From Podarcis pityusensis (Eukaryota), in NCBI GenBank assembly GCA_964106645.2, contig OZ067038.1: DNA of 64,000 bases, one strand, 5' to 3'. A program made the translations under genes and the position numbers. The notes beneath the pieces are model-generated. The model was not told the DNA's origin and made no database searches. It was given only the letters and a program-made list of their open reading frames with translations. Below, one piece after another: positions 1 through 12,400 of this stretch (positions are counted from its first letter, which is position 1; each line of letters begins with the position of its first letter).

Positions 1-309
1 AGAAAATGTTGCCAAAGGCAAGGAAGCTAATAGCTTCCCAAATATTTCTGAAAAAAGTATAATTAGTTATCTTAATGCCCAGAACTTACCTCAACTTTTC
101 ATGAGCTCTCTCTGTCTCTCTCCAATATCAGCTCTTCCTATGTCAACTATAATGGGACCCCTGAAGTCTTGGCAGTCCTAATCATTCAAAGGTCACAAGT
201 AAGGTCCTGCAAAACATCCTGACATTTGCTTTAAAGCCTTCGACGCTACCTATTAAATTATATAGTCCATTAAGCTATATTTATTTGGGCTCAATTTTTT
301 GCAACTCAA

Positions 310-312
<3 letters not shown>

Positions 313-352
<40 letters not shown>
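313..352. repeat. (AT)n microsatellite
   Basis: Perfect AT dinucleotide run of about 40 bp. Confidence 0.95.
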
Positions 353-356
<4 letters not shown>

Positions 357-576
357 ATGCAGCCATGAAAATCAAGACATATGGCCAACAGTTCAGGCTT
401 TCAGATTACTTTCTAATGCTACCTTATTTGACCTCACTGATATTCCAAAGTGGCAAAATGTGAAGCCTTTCATCAGCTGTCATTTCCTCATGCAGCAGGA
501 AACTTGCAAATACCAAACCACAAATCAAGAAAGTTCTCAGAAAATCAACACTGACATGCAGCTAGAATTTGCCTTA

Positions 577-595
577 AGAGAGAGAGAGAGAGAGA
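577..595. repeat. (AG)n microsatellite
   Basis: AG run. Confidence 0.85.
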
Positions 596-1595
596 AGCGC
601 CAGCATACTTGTGTCGCTTAGGGCATGGTCGTTCCACTAGCATTCCACCTTATTAGCAGAGAGCAACATTTGCAGGAAAATGGAAGGGTCAGACTGAAAC
701 GAGATTTCTCACAGATTCAGAATCCCAACTGATCTTTTCGAATTCTAAATTTTGTTTTCGAAATGTGGCTTTAATCTTGATTAATTTTAAGGAAACTGTA
801 TCGCCTTAATCTGGCCACATTTGCTACCACTGTTTTGAGTGATAGCCAATGTTACTCAGTCACGGCAGTCAACTGACTTCAGTAGATCTGCTCTGACTTG
901 GTTGGTTATCACCCTTGGTGGTGGTTTTTACCTCAAACTTTTTAAATCCAAGAAATAGATGACAATGTTCAGAACGAAAAGCCATTTATAAGGAGAATAT
1001 TAATGACTTGGCTTTCCTCTCCAAGCAAATTTGAATTATATGGGAGTTTGCTTGGGAATATTTTGGTGATTTGGCATAGCTCTAAAATGGACGACGATTT
1101 CCAGTACCCTTTTGTCACATCAAAAATGGGAATCCTAATGTACAGAAACTTATTATTGTCTCAGTTATTTGTTTGTTTTTTAAAAAACAACCCACCTGAA
1201 GACTATGGCAATAAAAATAACTAAAAGGAGCACAAAAATAAATTTAAAAATGTTATTATTTTTAAATATGTAGCACTTATAAAACTTTAATTCATATCCA
1301 TTAAAAAGCCAAAGCCATACAGGACAGAAATTAGCAGATGATCTAATGAAACAAAAACATCTCAGTAGTGCATGAAAACCTGTACAAAGGATCTTTTCAG
1401 TGGCTGGCTACATCTGCGATACAGTCTCCATGCTGAGGTGCCTCTAGCCATATCATTGTTTTCTTCTAGGAGACAAGTAAATCATCAATGCAACTCTTCA
1501 AGCATCCTGGCCAAAAAACTACAGATGGTTCTTTGGGGGGGGCACATATTTTAGATTTATCCAGCACAAATGACCCTGTACCTATTTACCTATAG

Positions 1596-1731
1596 CAGGC
1601 TTCCTCAACCTTGGCCCTCCAGATGTTTTGAGACTACAGTTCCCAGCATCCCTGACCACTGGTCTTGTTAGCTAGGGATCATGGGAGTTGTGGGCCAAAA
1701 ACATCTGGAGGGCCGAGGTTGAGGAAGCCTG
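1596..1731. mobile_element. Palindromic hAT-type MITE
   Basis: Long TIRs CAGGCTTCCTCAACC...GGTTGAGGAAGCCTG; 8-bp TSD ACCTATAG/GCCTATAG (7/8 match); same family as 42675-42810. Confidence 0.85.
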
Positions 1732-2740
1732 GCCTATAGTTTTGTACGCTTTATACATTTGGGAGGAGCTACTGTGCCTGCAAATTTCATCCATTCCTGG
1801 GAAAGGGAGGGAAACCTAGGTGGTTATTTTAAATTTCCCAAGTGTAAATTGGGGTGGAGTTGAAGCAAACTTGGACCTTCACGCTGAATTGAGTGGTCTC
1901 TGAATTGGTCCAAACGGAATTGGACTGTTTTGCGAAGAACTGAGTTGGGGTCCAGACAGAATCTTGTTAGCTTTCTCTTGTCAACAATATATTTTAAAGT
2001 GGGTCCTTCCTGAGCAAACTATTGCAAGACCAGGAAGGAATTCAAAGAGCAAAGAGTTTTCATCAGATAGCAAGCAGCATTTGTGCTTTCACACAACTCC
2101 AGAGTCCAAAGTCTTGTGGAATTGACAGGGGAAAGTTTGCTGGCCTGTATTCTTGTTCTCTGGTGCTTTCTAGCTGAAGCATCTAAAACCCTACAAAACA
2201 TTGGCTAGTTACCAACTACAGAATCAGACATCTGGGCACCAGATGTCTATAACATTATATCCAGCTGTGTTACTGCTGCTACATCTGCAAACCACAGCAT
2301 ATGTCAGTTGCTATTGTAAGAGTATTTTGAGAACAGAAGGCTTATGAAAGAAAACCCTGAAGCAGAAGTAGCAAAGTGTGCATTTTACGTGTGCATAGAT
2401 GTTTCCTTCATGTTGGCAGTTTAGAACACTCTGTTTGCTTTCCAGTAAATTTGGACCAAGTTAGGTAGGGAAGTCATAGATTAAGGCATCAGTCCTTTGT
2501 CTTTGGAGTCAATGAGCTACTTTGTACATTATAATTTACACATTTGGCACTTGGGTTTGGCACATGTATTTCAGTGATATGGGGAGTAGAAAGAAATGTG
2601 GCCAATGGCAACACCCACTACCTTTGGGTTCCACAGTTCTATGCAGTGTTTGATGCAGCCGTGTGAAGGCTTCAAGAATGCATTGAAATGTCTGACCGAA
2701 CCCAAAGAGTACTCATTAATGGTTCCTTGTCATCCTGGAA

Positions 2741-3630
2741 AAATTGGCAAGTGGGGGTGCCGCAGGGTTCTGTCCTGGGCCCGTTGTTGTTCAACATCTT
2801 TATAAATGACTTGAATGAAGGAGTTGAGGGGAATCAGAATTCAAAATGACCGTAACAGGTTCCTCGAGACAGGCACAAGCTAAAACAATGAATTTCAATA
2901 CGGACAAATGTAAGGTTCTGCACATAGGCAGGAAGAACCAGATGCACAAATATAGGGTGGGAGACACCTGGCTTACTAACAGCACATGTGAAAAGGATCT
3001 AGGGGTCTTGGTGGACCACAAGCTTAACATGGGTCAACAGTGTGATGCAGCAGCAGCAGCAAAAAAGCTAATGCAATCTTAAGCTCCATCAGCAGAAGTA
3101 TTACTTCCCAGATCAAGGGAAGTAATAGTACCACTCTATTCTGCCTTAGACCACACTAGGAATACTGTGTCCGATTCTGGGCACCACAATTTAAGAAGGA
3201 TGTTGACAAGCTAGAATGTGTGCAGTGGAGGGCAACCAAGATAAGCAAGGGTCTGAAAACCAAGTATTACAAGGAGCAGATGAAGGAGCTGGGTATGTTT
3301 AGCCTGGAAAAGAGGAGAGTGAGAGGAGATATGATAGCCATCTTCAAATATCTTAAGGGCTGTCACATGGAGGAGGGAGCATGCTTGTTTTCTCCTGCTC
3401 TTCAGGTTGCAAGAAAGGAGAGTTCAACTAAACATATGGAAAAATTTTCTGTCAGTAAGAGCTGTTCAGCAGTGGAACAGACTCCTACGAGAGGTGGTGG
3501 ACTCTCCTTCCTTGGAGGTTTTTAAACAGAGGTTAGATAGCCATCTGTCATGGATGCTTTAGCTGAGATTCCTGCATTGCAGGGGGCTGGACTAGGTTGG
3601 ACCAAGGTCGCTTCCAATGCTAAGATTCTA
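2741..3630 (+). mobile_element. CR1 LINE, 5'-truncated decayed ORF2 3' part and 3' UTR
   Basis: Peptides [51 protein letters not shown] and ELGMFSLEKRRVRGDMIAIFKYLKG, with frameshifts and an internal deletion. The GATTCTA(TGATTC) tail is split by a DNA transposon. Confidence 0.92.
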
Positions 3631-3986
3631 CAGTGGTGCCTCGCAAGACGAAATTAATTCGTTCTGCGAGTTTTTTCGTCTAGCGAATTTTTCGTCTTGC
3701 GAAGCACGAAATCCCATAGGAATGCATTGAAATTCAATTAATGCGTTCCTATGGTCAAAAAAAGTCCAAACAAAGCCAAATTTGGTTCAACAAGAGTTTA
3801 TTAAGTGCTCTTTAAAGTCACATATACTGTAAAGAGCATTTCAAAAATTGAAGGAACAATAAATTAAGTTTCTAAACATGACAGAAAAAATTTAAAAATC
3901 AACAAAGTGTACAGTACATTTCCTAAGACTCTGGGGGACAACTCGAAGAAGGTTCCTCTTCCACTCTTTGCTTCTTGCTGAAGAAC

Positions 3987-4280
3987 CCCCTCCTCAACTG
4001 TTCCCCCAGCCACCCACCACACAGAAATTCAAATCCAGAATTTTTTTTAAAAAACAGCAGAGTGGCCCAATGGTCACAGAAAATCATAAAAATGCAGGAA
4101 AAAACCACACAAGCTTCCAGATTCTTGCAAACCCCTCCTCAACTGTTCCCCCAGCCACCCACCACACAGAAATTCAAATCCAGAATTTTTTTTAAAAAAA
4201 CAGCAGAGTGGCCCAATGGTCACAGAAAATCATAAAAATGCAGGAAAAAAAACACACAAGCTTCCAGATTTTTGCAAACC
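3987..4280. repeat. Tandem duplication of about 146 bp (2 copies) inside the DNA transposon
   Basis: CCCCTCCTCAACTGTTCCCCCAGCC...CTTCCAGATT(C/T)TTGCAAA occurs twice, nearly identical. Confidence 0.9.
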
Positions 4281-4393
4281 CCTCCCCAACACCAAGTCCT
4301 TGAATTCCAAACACCCCAACCCAAAATCCAAAAACCCCCAAAAAAGTTTTAAAAGTTTAACTTAACCAAATGGCTGCAAAAGAAGTTTTGGAA

Positions 4394-4435
<42 letters not shown>

Positions 4436-4740
4436 TTATTATTTATACCCCGCCCATCTGGCTGGGTTTCCCCAGCCACTCTGGGCGGCTTCCAAAAGAA
4501 TATTAAAATACTATGATACATCAAACATTAAAAGCTTCCCTAAACAGGGCTGCCTTCAGATGTCTTCTAAAAGTCTGGTAGTTGTTGTTCTCTTTGACAT
4601 CTGGTGGGAGGGCGTTCCACAGGGAGGGCGCCACTACCGAGAAGGCCCTCTGCCTGGTTCCCTGTAACTTGGCTTCTCGCAGTGAGGGAACCGCCAGAAG
4701 GCCCTCGGTGCTGGACCTCAGTGTCCGGGTAGAACGATGG
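4394..4740 (-). mobile_element. L2 LINE 3' end with (TTA)n tail, nested in the DNA transposon
   Basis: Minus strand encodes RAFSVVAPSLWNALP...FRRHLKAALFREAF; near-identical to 16373-16725 and 46680-46997. Confidence 0.88.
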
Positions 4741-5989
4741 AGGCTTCAAAAATCACCAAAGTCTTCAAAAACCTCAAAAAAGGCTACCACACAGCGTTCT
4801 ATGAGTTGCTCCTTGAAGTCAAGTCGCAACTGTATTAACGGTGTTAAGAAAAAGGAAACAAACTTGCAAGACGTTTTCGTTTTTCGTCTTGCGAAGCAAG
4901 CCCATAGGGAAATTCGTCTTGCGAAGCAGCTCAAAAAACGCAAAACCCTTTCGTCTAGCGAGTTTTTCGTCTTGCGAGGCATTCGTCTTGCGGGGCACCA
5001 CTGTATGATTCAACATAGTGGGACTCGTTTCCAATTAAAAATACATTGGTTTCCATTACATTTAGGGCAGGTCCCAGTCCTAGAGAAGTACATTTAAACT
5101 TTGCTGGTTTCAATGAGAAAGTTACAGATGTTGAAATCCATGCACCCAGACCTTTATGTGGCTCTTACCCCTTAACTAAGACCTTTAAAATAAATCACAA
5201 ATGTTAACCTCACCTGTAACCCTTACAGAGACAGACTGTGGTGTGGAGGGCATGGCACTCTTCACATACTCAAAGTCACATTTGATATGTTTTCATCCTA
5301 TTTCTCAGAAATGAACCCTGTTCATAATAAGGTCAAATATAAATGGATTGTTCTATAAATAAGATATTCCTCCTCTTGGCTTCATTCTCATCCTCCCATT
5401 CTGCCCCTTCCTCATAGCATTAACCAGGATATCAGATATGACTTGTCCACACATTTGCCTGTCCTGACATTGTCAAAAAACAGACGAGCCTCATGGAAAA
5501 GAGCAGACATAAACAAGATAAAGGAAGCCTATTTTCTCAGGCCTAAATCATAGGGATTGTTATCTGAACTCTGAACTTAGTTTGCATCTCGCTAATAAAG
5601 GGAAAACATGATGAAACATTTTTGTGTCCAGTCCAAGACGTTTAGTAAGAAACAACGATCTATAGCCAAAAAGTAGTCAGGTTTTTGAACCGGAACTAAG
5701 AACCCCCACTCAAATTCATAGTATGTTCTAGAAAGAAATATCTGAAATCTCATGGTGTGCAGTGATCTCAAAAAGGAAGTAACTGGGCTTTCAGAAAGTG
5801 TTTTCCATTCTCTAAATTGTTTGTTTGTTCCTTCATTCCATTTACAGACCAACTTTCATCAATAAAGATCACAGCGTGGTTTACAATGCATAATGAAAAC
5901 AATATCATACAATTAATATTGATAAAATCATTCAAAGAAAATACATTAGAGGCAAGAATGATTAACTCCCAATAACAAAGACAATCGGT

Positions 5990-6280
5990 AGGTTCAAGGT
6001 GTTCCAGAAACCTGGGACAGTCACCCAATCATCCATTGCCTTAGCATTTTGAGCTGACAATTAAAACTGCACACAGAAGGTGATTGGTGCCCTTCAAGGG
6101 GGGGCGTGTTCCATAATTGCGGTACTATTACAAAAAAGGTCACTGCATCATGGGCATTGGCCACCAACAGGACCACAATGAGGACATGTCCTGCATATCT
6201 CAAAGACTGGGTCAGCAGATAGAGGGAGAGGTCATGCAGAGCTTTATTAGTTTAGTATTAATACATTGAATTGTGCATGG
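5990..6280 (-). mobile_element. Old, decayed L2 fragment
   Basis: Minus-strand peptide TFFVIVPQLWNTPPLEGHQSPSVCSFNCQLK resembles the L2 ORF2 C-terminus. Confidence 0.55.
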
Positions 6281-6427
6281 CCTTCTGTGGAGGGTTAAAT
6301 CAGCATCTGGAAAATAATAACTAGGCATTTCTCTTGCTCAGTGCTCAACCGAAACAGGTCTTCTTTAGACTGAGGAAAAACATGTGAGTGGTTGCACACT
6401 TTCTGTCCTGTCGGACTCGTCACTCAC

Positions 6428-6463
6428 CAGCCTCCACCTCTTGGATGAGTAGTAGTTGCACAT
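6428..6463 (-). other. Candidate 36-nt cassette exon of an unidentified host gene
   Basis: Minus strand: long pyrimidine tract CTTCTCCTTTTCTCTTTCTTTGTTTTCTCCCTCCCACTAACAG | 36 nt | GTGAGT. No stop codon in any frame. Confidence 0.55.
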
Positions 6464-7085
6464 CTGTTAGTGGGAGGGAGAAAACAAAGAAAGAGAAAAG
6501 GAGAAGTTGATATTCTGTAGGCTTGCCCTACCCGTGCTCGGTTGCTTCCCTTTTGAAGTGAAGAGCTCTCGCTCACAGTTTAGGACTAGCCCTCCAATTT
6601 TCCACGTTTCCTTCTGCCATGGTGCTAGACTGAAAGTGCGGACACTCAGAAAGCCCCTAAACCATCTATCTCAAAAGTAAGGTGACTGCGATGAAAAATG
6701 CATATTCATAAAAATTCCACCTATATTCGCCCCCCCCCCACACACATAATTTTCAAATGCAATTTCTTTTCTCATTAATTGATGGAGAGTGGTTTGGGGA
6801 GAAATGCAGGAGGAAATTTCAGCACAGCACTTGGAATTAAAAGGCACTTCTAGGCTGTAGGTGTATGAAGCAGTGATGTGCTTGGTTTGTTAGAGGTATG
6901 CCCAGGATGCAAATGAAGATGTAAAATACTTTGGCAATCTGATCCAAAGTTCTGTGGATGTTCCAATGCACACATAGTGAGAAATGGGATACAAATATGA
7001 AACTTCTTCTGTCATTGATATATGCTGTCAGTGTATCTACTGGAACATCACATGTGAATCAAAGCTCCACACTGATATTTATATA

Positions 7086-7247
7086 CAGTGGTACCTCAGG
7101 TTAAGTACTTAATTCGTTCCGCTGGAGCACGATTTCTGTTCTCATCCTGAAGCAAAGTTCTTAACCTGAAGCACTGTTTCTGGGTTAGCGGAGCCTGTAA
7201 CCTGAAGCGTATGTAACCTGAAGCATATGTAACCTGAGGTACCACTG
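7086..7247. mobile_element. Tigger-like MITE (CAGTGGTACCTC TIR), internally deleted, reverse orientation
   Basis: TA-flanked CAGTGGTACCTCAGGTTA...TAACCTGAGGTACCACTG. Confidence 0.9.
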
Positions 7248-7337
7248 TATATGTATGACATAGATGTTGTTTTCATGCAGCAATTTTTTTTTGTCCTGCA
7301 AATATTTCTCTTTTTTTCATTTTATATTTGAAATACC

Positions 7338-7363
7338 GTGTGTGTGTGTGTGTGTGTGTGTGT
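7338..7363. repeat. (GT)n microsatellite
   Basis: GT run. Confidence 0.9.
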
Positions 7364-8954
7364 TAATCCCCCTCCTTGTTTACCTCCTATATAAAAGCCA
7401 TTTAAGGCCAAAATTGGAAGCAGAAGATTTTACTGTAAAGGGAACAAGGAAATTGATTTATTCCACTATTGCTGTGTTCCAATTCAGGTTTCAAAATACC
7501 TATTATATACAAGAGCTCTTCTATGGCTTTCAAGCTTTATCACTGCATTTTTCATATCAGCCCTATCAGTCACTGTTGCCTTTCTGTGCTCCCTGTCATT
7601 CGTTTTGACATCTTCTGCAAACAAGAGGAGGTGGAGTCATGCTCAAGTTTTTCTCTATTGCTGACAAATGTCGCTGCTTTGATATGACAGGTGTCTAAGG
7701 CCTGGGCACTACTAGGCTTTCATTTGTAACATGCTTGAGAAAATAGGGAATCAGTGTCCAGCACTATGTGAGAAGCAGAATTGCGGTTTCAGATAAAAGA
7801 AAAGGATCTGATACCGTACAAACATATTCAAGAGAGACTTTTTAAAAACATTTTTCAAAAGCCAATGACGTAAATGTACAGAAAGGCCCATGGATGTTAT
7901 AAAAAAGCCCTTTCCTACATTATCTCAGCCCAACATACAAGAACAGTTAAGCACTTTCAAGTCCCTCTGAAATAAATGCATAAATATATTCCTCTTCACT
8001 CCAACAGTGTCTCAGCTATACAGCTGCAAATAAAACGTTTTAAATGTGTTGTAAAGCGCAATATACAAATGTGACACCAGATGACGACAGTGAGCTCAAA
8101 AAAACCCAAAATTCAATGTCTTCTTCAAAACGTTTTTTAAAAAAGCATTTTCACAGTGTTTTTTATATGTGCATAGATTCCACGCAAGTGCAGTGATTTA
8201 CTTTCCGTGCAGGAGTGGGCAGCAGCCATCCATTAATATGGAAGAAATGTTTGCCCACTTCAACTGTGTCCAGAATTGCAGCCCATCTACTAGTCTCCTA
8301 TAGAGCTCAACAAGAACTATTAAGAGTAGATTCAGCCCCTAGGTGAACATCTCTGCCCCTTTCATTTGCATTTTCATGATTGTGCCCTGACTTCTGTTTC
8401 TTTACTAGGTAGAGTGAGATGGAACCCAGAGACAGAGAGAAAGATCATCCACCTCCTGTACTTCAACAAAAGCATTCAGGAATAATTAATTGGAGGCAAG
8501 AGTAGTTCAATGCCCTGATTCAGCAACTTCCAGTGTGTACACAAGGTATGCATGAGCTGGGTTGAGCACCTTAATGCAGGCAGCAGGTTGGAAAGTATGA
8601 CATGGTGAAATGTTTCATCAAATTCTAGAATCAACCAGAGAGTAACCAATCAAATCATAGTCCTCCAGTAGATAGTCAAATTATGACCTAACAAAGCTAC
8701 AAAAGGCCTCTCCAGGAATTACAAATTGTGGGGGATATAGCACATGAGGGCACAGCAGTGAGGACTAGCTCCACACACACCCCCCCTCTGATTTCTAATG
8801 GGAGTGAGTTCCATAAAGATGGGTTCGCTACACTAAAGCCACGACTCCTGATATGTGATGTGCTTCTGATCCTTCGGGAACCGCTAATGGTGATTGCCTA
8901 GATGATCTCAGTGATTGATCTGGGACAGGTGGTCCTTAAGGTCCTTAAAATGAA

Positions 8955-9108
8955 GTGGTGTAATGAGTCAGTGCATCTGGCTGTTAACCAGAAGGTTGGT
9001 GGTTCAAGGCCGCCCAGGGATGGCTGTGGGCAGGATTCCTGAATTTCAGGGGGCTGGACTATATGACTCTTGGGGTTCCTTCCAGCACTACAATTCTACA
9101 ATTCTATG
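8955..9108 (+). mobile_element. tRNA-Asn-derived SINE with CR1-like 3' tail
   Basis: Head GGCTGTTAACCAGAAGGTTGGTGGTTCAAGGCCGCCCAGGGATG resembles tRNA-Asn(GTT). Tail GATTCCTG...AGGGGGCTGGACTA...ATTCTACAATTCTATG matches the CR1 end at 3567-3630. Confidence 0.75.
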
Positions 9109-11244
9109 GGACTGCAGAAACAATGGCTAGTGTGGATAAGAGATTCTTGCTTCCTGGGCCATTACGACCTTCTGAAAACTTCTGCTGGTTTCCAGCTAAT
9201 TGTCCATGAATAGTTTGTAAAAGAACGGTTTGTGATTATGTAAATACTAAAACGGAATTACTCTGAAGTTTTCCCATGTCTCTTACAGAGATTTTCACAG
9301 TCTATGCTAAGCAAACTACTCTCATAACCTGCTATGTGTGGCATTCTGTATAATAACTGTCATAGGTCACTTGCTGGAGGTTCTGCTTGTCTAATACATT
9401 AGTGTGATGTTGCTGCAATTTTATGGGTTTTGTTTTAAATTGTGATACATGTCCCTCCTTGTCTTTACCCCTTTTATTCTCCCCCCTCCATGCGATAGCA
9501 CAGTCTTATCTGTTAAGATTAGCATCATGCCCTTGTAATTCCATAGACTTGTTATATACATGCCATTTTCCTTTAACACATTTGCTAGAAGGGCAAGTCC
9601 TAGTTTGTAGGGAGTATCACTTATTCTGAACTACCAAAAAATAATTTATTTGGTCAGAGATTCACCCCCCACTTCTCCATCAAGGACAATGAGGTAGAAA
9701 TGAATGGCAATCTCTCCCTCCCGCCGCCTCCCTCCAATTCTGGGCTAATGTACAGACAGATCAGCCCAAAATCCTTAAAACTGATGTGAATTATTCAGTC
9801 TTAGATTCACAAAAGGCCCGGGATGTTTTCCTGCCTGAGATGTAAGGCAAGATGGCACCTCCATCTACAAATTTGAAATATAAAAGCTGATCAGATTAGC
9901 AGCTGAACCTTATTGCAAAAGTGGCAATGGGACGGCATTGTCCTAGGGGTGGCAGAGTGGCTTACCGGGTGCATATGTAGGCTGTGTAGCCCACACAGTT
10001 CCTTCCACCAACATCTGGATGCCGTTCCCCAGCATCTGGCACCTGAGTCAGTTGCTGCACTCTGCCCCATGCTCCGCAAGCAGGCTTAAGCATGCACACC
10101 TCTAGCTGAGTAGGGAATCCCATGTGCAAATCACAGAACCATAGAAGGGACCTAGTCGGATCTCCTGAAATGCAGGAATCAAATGGGTTTCTTGGTGTTC
10201 AGTTCTCCAAGTGCAAGGCAACAGCCAGGAATCTAGAACCCCACTAGTCAGGAAGTGGGATGAGGAAGCTGTGGATCTGAATATCCTGTGCATGCAGCAT
10301 TCACAGCCAGCTGGTTTCATACATTCTTTTAGAATTTCATTTATTCTTTTAGAAATAAAACTTAAGCCCGATCCTAGGAGTTACTGCACTTTGTCACTCA
10401 GTCCTAGGACCACTGCAAGGAATGGCTAGCCCCTTGATGATGGCACTTAGCACTGGACAGTCTTCAGCTATATTGTGCTTGTGGTGCCAGCTGTACTGTG
10501 GTAGGGCCACCGTAATGACTTGATGCAGAAGGAAACAGTGACACTTCCTCCCATTTCCATATTGTACATGGTAGTGGGGAGGACTCCAAAGACAGGTCCT
10601 GGCCAGATAGCTCTTTCCGACTCCCCAGATCGTGTGATTCTGCTTTGGCCGCAGCAGTGCAACCGTTCCTTGGAAACCATGCCCACCTGTGAGGGGTTTG
10701 TAGTCAAATCACAAATGCATGTTTTGCTAGACAAGAACAGGGCTAGTACACAGAGCGTTCTTAAGCTTCCTAGAGAGGACCCTCTATGTGTGGTCACTTC
10801 CTTTGCCTCATCTGGGCGGGAATTCTGAAACAAAGGAGACAATCCTTTATATTTCCTTCTGCCTGTGAGAAGACTCTCTCCTTCTGCCATGCCTCCAAGC
10901 TGACTAGACATGCATGGCTAAAGCTCCTGCTTTCAGCCATATTAGCTAAGACTACCAACTTTTATTTTACTGTAACGTAGAAGTTACAGAGTGGCTGGAG
11001 CAATCTAGCCAGATGGGTGGGCTATAAATAAAAAAAACTATTAGTATAAATATTATTATTGTAAGTGTTTTTCTGCACATGACGTGGTTGTATTTGCTGC
11101 CTGCATTGATATGTAAGTAAATCTTTTTACTCTTTATCTTATTAAAAACACGTGGTTCATTATCTGAAATGGAGCTGAAGAGGGAAAGGTCAACACACCA
11201 CAAATAAAAGGAGGTAAAAAGATAAAACTCCCTAATTCCTAAGC

Positions 11245-12400
11245 TTTAATAAGTTGCAAAACTTATAAGTGTTTTATACTGTTAAAAAGGCTACAGCCAG
11301 ATTACATTTGTATTTCTCCAACACACGTGGGGTAGGAGGTTTACATAAAGTTTCCAAAAGTCATACAACATATTTTCTTATCTTGTACAATGTTTTGGAC
11401 TTCCATCAACCACATCTGAAGATTTTTCAATCTTTATAACTTAATCTAAATTTCATTAATTTCACTATTACAGTGGTACCTCAGGTTACATACGCTTCAG
11501 GTTACAGACTCCGCCAACCCAGAAATATTACCTCGGGTTAAGAACTTTGCTTCAGGATGAGAACAGAAATCGTGCTCTGGCGACGCAGCAGCAGCAGGAG
11601 GCCCCATTAGCTAAAGTGGTGCTTCAGGTTAAGAACAGTTTCAGGTTAAGAACGGACCGGCGGAACGAATTAAGTACTTAACCCGAGGTACCACTGTACT
11701 TTTAATAGCCCTTCACTATTCTCTTCATACTTTCTCTGCAATATTTTGCATAGTCCTCCTTACAAAAATTCTTGTAAACCTACTAGCGTAATCTGTTGAT
11801 TACGATTGTTTTTCAAATAATTCATGTATTTACTCCAGTCCTCTGAGAATCTCTGGTCCCCCAGGTTTCAGATTCTTCCTGTCATCTTGTCTAATTCTGC
11901 ATAGTCCATTAATTTCGTCTGCCATTCTTCTTTCGTCGGTAGTTCTTCTTGTTTCCATTTCTGTGCCAACAATACTCTTGCTGCTGTTGTTGCATATAAA
12001 AACAGTTTATTATCCTGTCTATTAATGTTCTCACTTACAATGCCAAGTAAAAATGCTTCTGGTTTTTTAATAAATGTATATTTCAACATCTTTTTCATCT
12101 CATTATATATCATTTCCCAGAAGTTTTTTCACTTTCTTACATTCCCACCACATGTGATAAAAAGATCCTTCTTTTTCTTTACATTTCTGACATTTATTAC
12201 TTGTTTTATACATTTTAGCTAATTTCACTGGGGTAATATACCATCTGTGCATCATTTTCATCACATTTTCTTTCAAAGCATTGCATGCTGTAAATTTTAT
12301 TCCTTCTTTCCACAGTTTTTCCCAATCTTTTAACTGTATATTATATCCAAAAGCCTTGGCCCAGTGTATCATAACTGACTTTACTTCTTCATCTTTCAAA
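11245..12400 (-). mobile_element. L1-clade LINE 3' fragment (ORF2 C-terminus and 3' UTR)
   Basis: CCHC motif CQKCKEKEGSFYHMWWECKK and AARVLLAQKWKQEELPTKEEW; frameshifted. The 3' boundary is approximate. Confidence 0.85.
11471..11696. mobile_element. Tigger-like MITE inserted in the L1 3' UTR
   Basis: TA-flanked CAGTGGTACCTC...GAGGTACCACTG. Confidence 0.92.

Larger units (their letters stand above)
3631..5003. mobile_element. Non-autonomous Tc1/mariner (pogo/Tigger-like) DNA transposon
   Basis: TIRs CAGTGGTGCCTCGCAAGACG ... CGTCTTGCGGGGCACCACTG; TA on both sides (3629-30, 5004-05); multiple subterminal TTCGTCTTGCGA repeats. Confidence 0.88.

Noticed and set aside
4582-5097. 171-aa plus-strand ORF
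   Set aside because: Chimeric read across antisense L2 and the transposon terminus; not a transposase.
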